Source: Phaeosaccion multiseriatum (lineage: Eukaryota > Protista > Ochrophyta, other classes). From it: a stretch of 64,000 bases of DNA. Made by a program: the position numbers and the translations under genes. The notes under the pieces were generated by a model. The model did no database searches, had not been told where the DNA came from, and saw only the letters and a program-made list of their open reading frames with translations. Within the stretch, counting starts at the first letter, position 1. Each line of letters begins with the position of its first letter. Below are positions 61,215 to 64,000 of the stretch, one piece after another. The stretch lies in NCBI GenBank assembly GCA_965112735.1, contig OZ218955.1:3906001-3970000 (forward strand). The letters run 5' to 3'.

Positions 61215-62308
61215 GGAGCTACTGAGGAGTTGAAGTTTGCTGGTTTATTTTTGGCATGGGCGAGGGAGGAGAGAGAGGGAGGGAGGAGGGGGAGGGAGAG
61301 AGAGAGTGAGGGAAGGAGCGGGGGGGAGAGAAGGTCTCCATCGGTCAGTCAATCGTTCAGTTGAGCGCTTGTCTCGTCTGAGAGGACAGCGAGTGTGTGC
61401 CCTATTCAAGGGCACGAAGGACGGGAGGGAAGGATGTGTGTGCAGGTGTGTGCAGGGAATCCTTGATTGAGGAACAGCAAGAGCAGTGCATTTTTACATG
61501 ACTTGTATTCAGAGGGGGCAGTAGTAGTAGTAGATAGGATTGATCGATCGAACAGGGCCAACGAAAGCTCAAAAAGTTCATTTATGAATGAATGACTCAC
61601 TCCCATTGCATGACTTCGTCCCCCTTCGGCCCTTGGGGAGCGGCTTGTCGCCCTTGGGGGCTTACCCATGGCGGCCCCCTTCACGCACAGCACAGGGGTG
61701 AGCGTGTGTGTGCGTGTGTGTGCGTGTGTGTGTGCGTGTGTGTGCGTGTGTGTGTGCGTGTGTGTTGCCCCGCACCCCTTCGAGGCCAGCAGGGGCCTGT
61801 GCGGTGTGCAGGGGAATGGGCAGCGCTATCAATCAAGGGCTCCCCTTCAATGGGATCAGGTCCGCAATGCCCAATGTCCAATGGAAGGGGAGAGGGTAGT
61901 GCGTAGGGTAGTGCGCTGCTCCGCGTGCTCGGTAGCCCCTGGCGTCCCGTCCTCCCATTCGCTCTGTCTGTCTCTGTTTCAGATTCAGTTTGTTGACTCA
62001 GGGGCCAATGTCGAGAACGGATGTCGATGCACTTCCTTGCTCAAGACAAGGTCGAGCCAGAGTCCGCGGTGAAGGCTCTGTCTCGGCCCATGTGCCCATG
62101 TGCCCATGTGCCCATGTGCCCTTATGATTCATTCTGCAAGGGCCACAGCGGCGACCAACAACCAACAGACAGCGTGCTGGCGTGCATCGAAGGAGGCTCG
62201 GAGGCCGGCAAGAGCATGGAGGGAGCCTTCAGCCTCCTCCTCGTCGCAAAGGGTAGGGAAGGCAGCCTTCAGCCTCCTCCTTGCGGCACTGCATCCGCTG
62301 GGCTCCGC

Positions 62309-62342
<34 letters not shown>

Positions 62343-62469
62343 TATCACCAATTGCTGCGGCTGCTGCTGCTGGATCGCCAACTGCTGCTCCTGCCCGTGT
62401 AGCGGGTGTGGGCCTCCTTCGAAGGAGGCCTTCTTTTGAGATGAGAGTCCTCCCCACTCGACCCTCCCC

Positions 62470-64000
62470 TCATCCCAGAGCCACAAAGCCGCCGTCGCTG
62501 TCGCTGCTGCTGCTGTCGCTCATCTCCTTGCCTTCGTTGCCACCACCGGCCTTGTCGCTCCCCTCCTCATCCCCATCATCGTCGTCGCCAGCCTTGGATG
62601 TCCGTGCTCGCTTCTGCGGCCGGGGGGTGGAGGACACAGGAATGGCCCGTGCAGATGGGAGGCTCTCCTCCTCCACCTCCTCCTCGCCACCCCCCCGAGG
62701 GAGAGTGAGCAGGGCGAGCATGTCCGCCTTAGCCCTTGCACTTCCCCGCCAGCCACCATCCCCCCCTGGGGCCCCACTCTGCAGCTCCTGCGGGGTGTTG
62801 GCCGCCGCTATCGCCAACCGTCCTTGTCCCCCTTCTCCTTCTCCTCCTCCTTCTCCTCCACCCCAGCCATGGCCGCCCTTCCTCCTCTCTGCCCTCTTCA
62901 ATACGGCCATGGCGTTTCTGGTCAGGCACCTTCCCGCCTGCTCCTGCGTCAGCCCCAGCAGCTGCCCGAGATTCATCACATCCCCTGGGCTCCTTGTGTA
63001 GAGAGCTCCGTCGGCTCCACTGGACAAGATGAGGCCTCGGCCGCGCGTCACCGCGAGCAAAGCGCGAGCCCCCCCGATGAGGTGACGGCGCGTGTTGGCA
63101 CTCTTGATGGCGGGCGAGTAGCACAACTGTGGGGCGGGAAGCGACACACAGCCGCGACAGTTTCAGTTTCAAATGGATTAGACCTTTTATCAACTCTACC
63201 TGCGCCGCAGCTGAGAGCCCTCGAGTCTCTGATCTCCCTCCCTCCCTCCCTCCCTTTGTCTCCCTCCCTCCCTCCCTCCCTCCCTTTGTCTCCCTCCCTC
63301 CCTCCCTCCCTCCCTCTCCCTCTCACCTCAAAAGAGACTCCCCTCTTCAAGGCCGCGTCTGTATTCTTCTTGGTTAGGTGGAAGGGCAGGCGCTGCGCGA
63401 GATCAAGCTGAATGATGTCCACCGCAGCGGCGTCCGCAGAGCACAGATAGGAGAAGGCGCGGCCAGAGGTGGGCCGGGCAGCCACGAGGTCGTACGAGCT
63501 GAAGTTGGCATCAACAAGGAGGGGGGGGGAGAGAGGAGGGGCGGGGTGAGAGAGAGCCACGACGAGAGGTGAAGAAGCTCGGCCTGGCAGGACAACTCCC
63601 TGGGAAGTCCCCCCTCAAGAAAGGGGCGAAGCGAGTCGCTCTGGCCATCCCCGCTTCTGAAGTATGCTCCTTTCCCCTTCGTCCTTCTCCTCCTCTTCCT
63701 CCTCCTCCTCGTCGTCCTCCTCCTCTTCCTCCTCCTCCTCCTCCTCCTCCTCCTCCTCCTCCTCTCCCTCTCCCCCCTCCTCCTCCTCGAGCTCCTTCCT
63801 CTGACAGGCCTTACCTCAGCACTTGGCTGCTCGCGGTCAGCAGCTGCGCCTCTTCCAGCGTCTCCAGCACCGCCGTGATGCGTGTGAGCTGGCAGGGGCC
63901 GTACGCCACAGAGCTACTACTAACTTGGCTGCCTGCTTGGCTGTCTGCTTTCCTCTTGCCTGGACGTTGGGTGTTGCGGCAGGAGCGCAAGAGATTGGCT
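62470..64000 (-). CDS. RPP30: RNase P/MRP subunit p30 (5'-partial)
   Basis: Motifs: QLTRIT, SYDLVAARP, VDIIQLDLAQRLPF, ALKRGVSFE|LCYSPAI, GLILSSGA, RSPGDVMNLGQLLGL. Confidence 0.9.

Overview
Intron-rich, GC-rich eukaryotic nuclear DNA. ASA-F/TA-F bipartite plastid presequences, a homomeric plastid ACCase and a nuclear MinD point to a photosynthetic stramenopile (ochrophyte). About 16 protein-coding genes can be assembled by hand from GT-AG exons. In order: a 5'-partial TPR protein; a Cys-rich GPI-anchor-like protein; plastid acetyl-CoA carboxylase (~39 exons); a tandem pair of secreted SGNH-hydrolase-like genes; an ankyrin-BTB protein; a calpain-like EF-hand protein lacking its catalytic triad; NRT2; a Gon7-like small protein; a Tim17/22/23-family protein; an F-box-like/CPW-ankyrin protein; a TOG/CLASP-N protein; an MTFP1(MTP18)-family protein with a plastid presequence; MinD with a mitochondrial-type presequence; transketolase; and a 5'-partial RPP30. 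No rRNA, tRNA, CRISPR or transposase was recognised. The most unusual signals are: (i) a dispersed motif, (GCA)GTTGGTGATACAG, found in exons in two reading frames and in introns; (ii) a family of 10-bp-period ATGGCA repeats; (iii) adjacent MinD and plastid-type MTFP1 organelle-division genes; (iv) a pseudo-calpain with two G-run frameshifts; (v) divergence of the duplicated SGNH genes focused on the active site; (vi) a structured element in an ACCase intron. All family assignments come from motif recognition, not from database searches.
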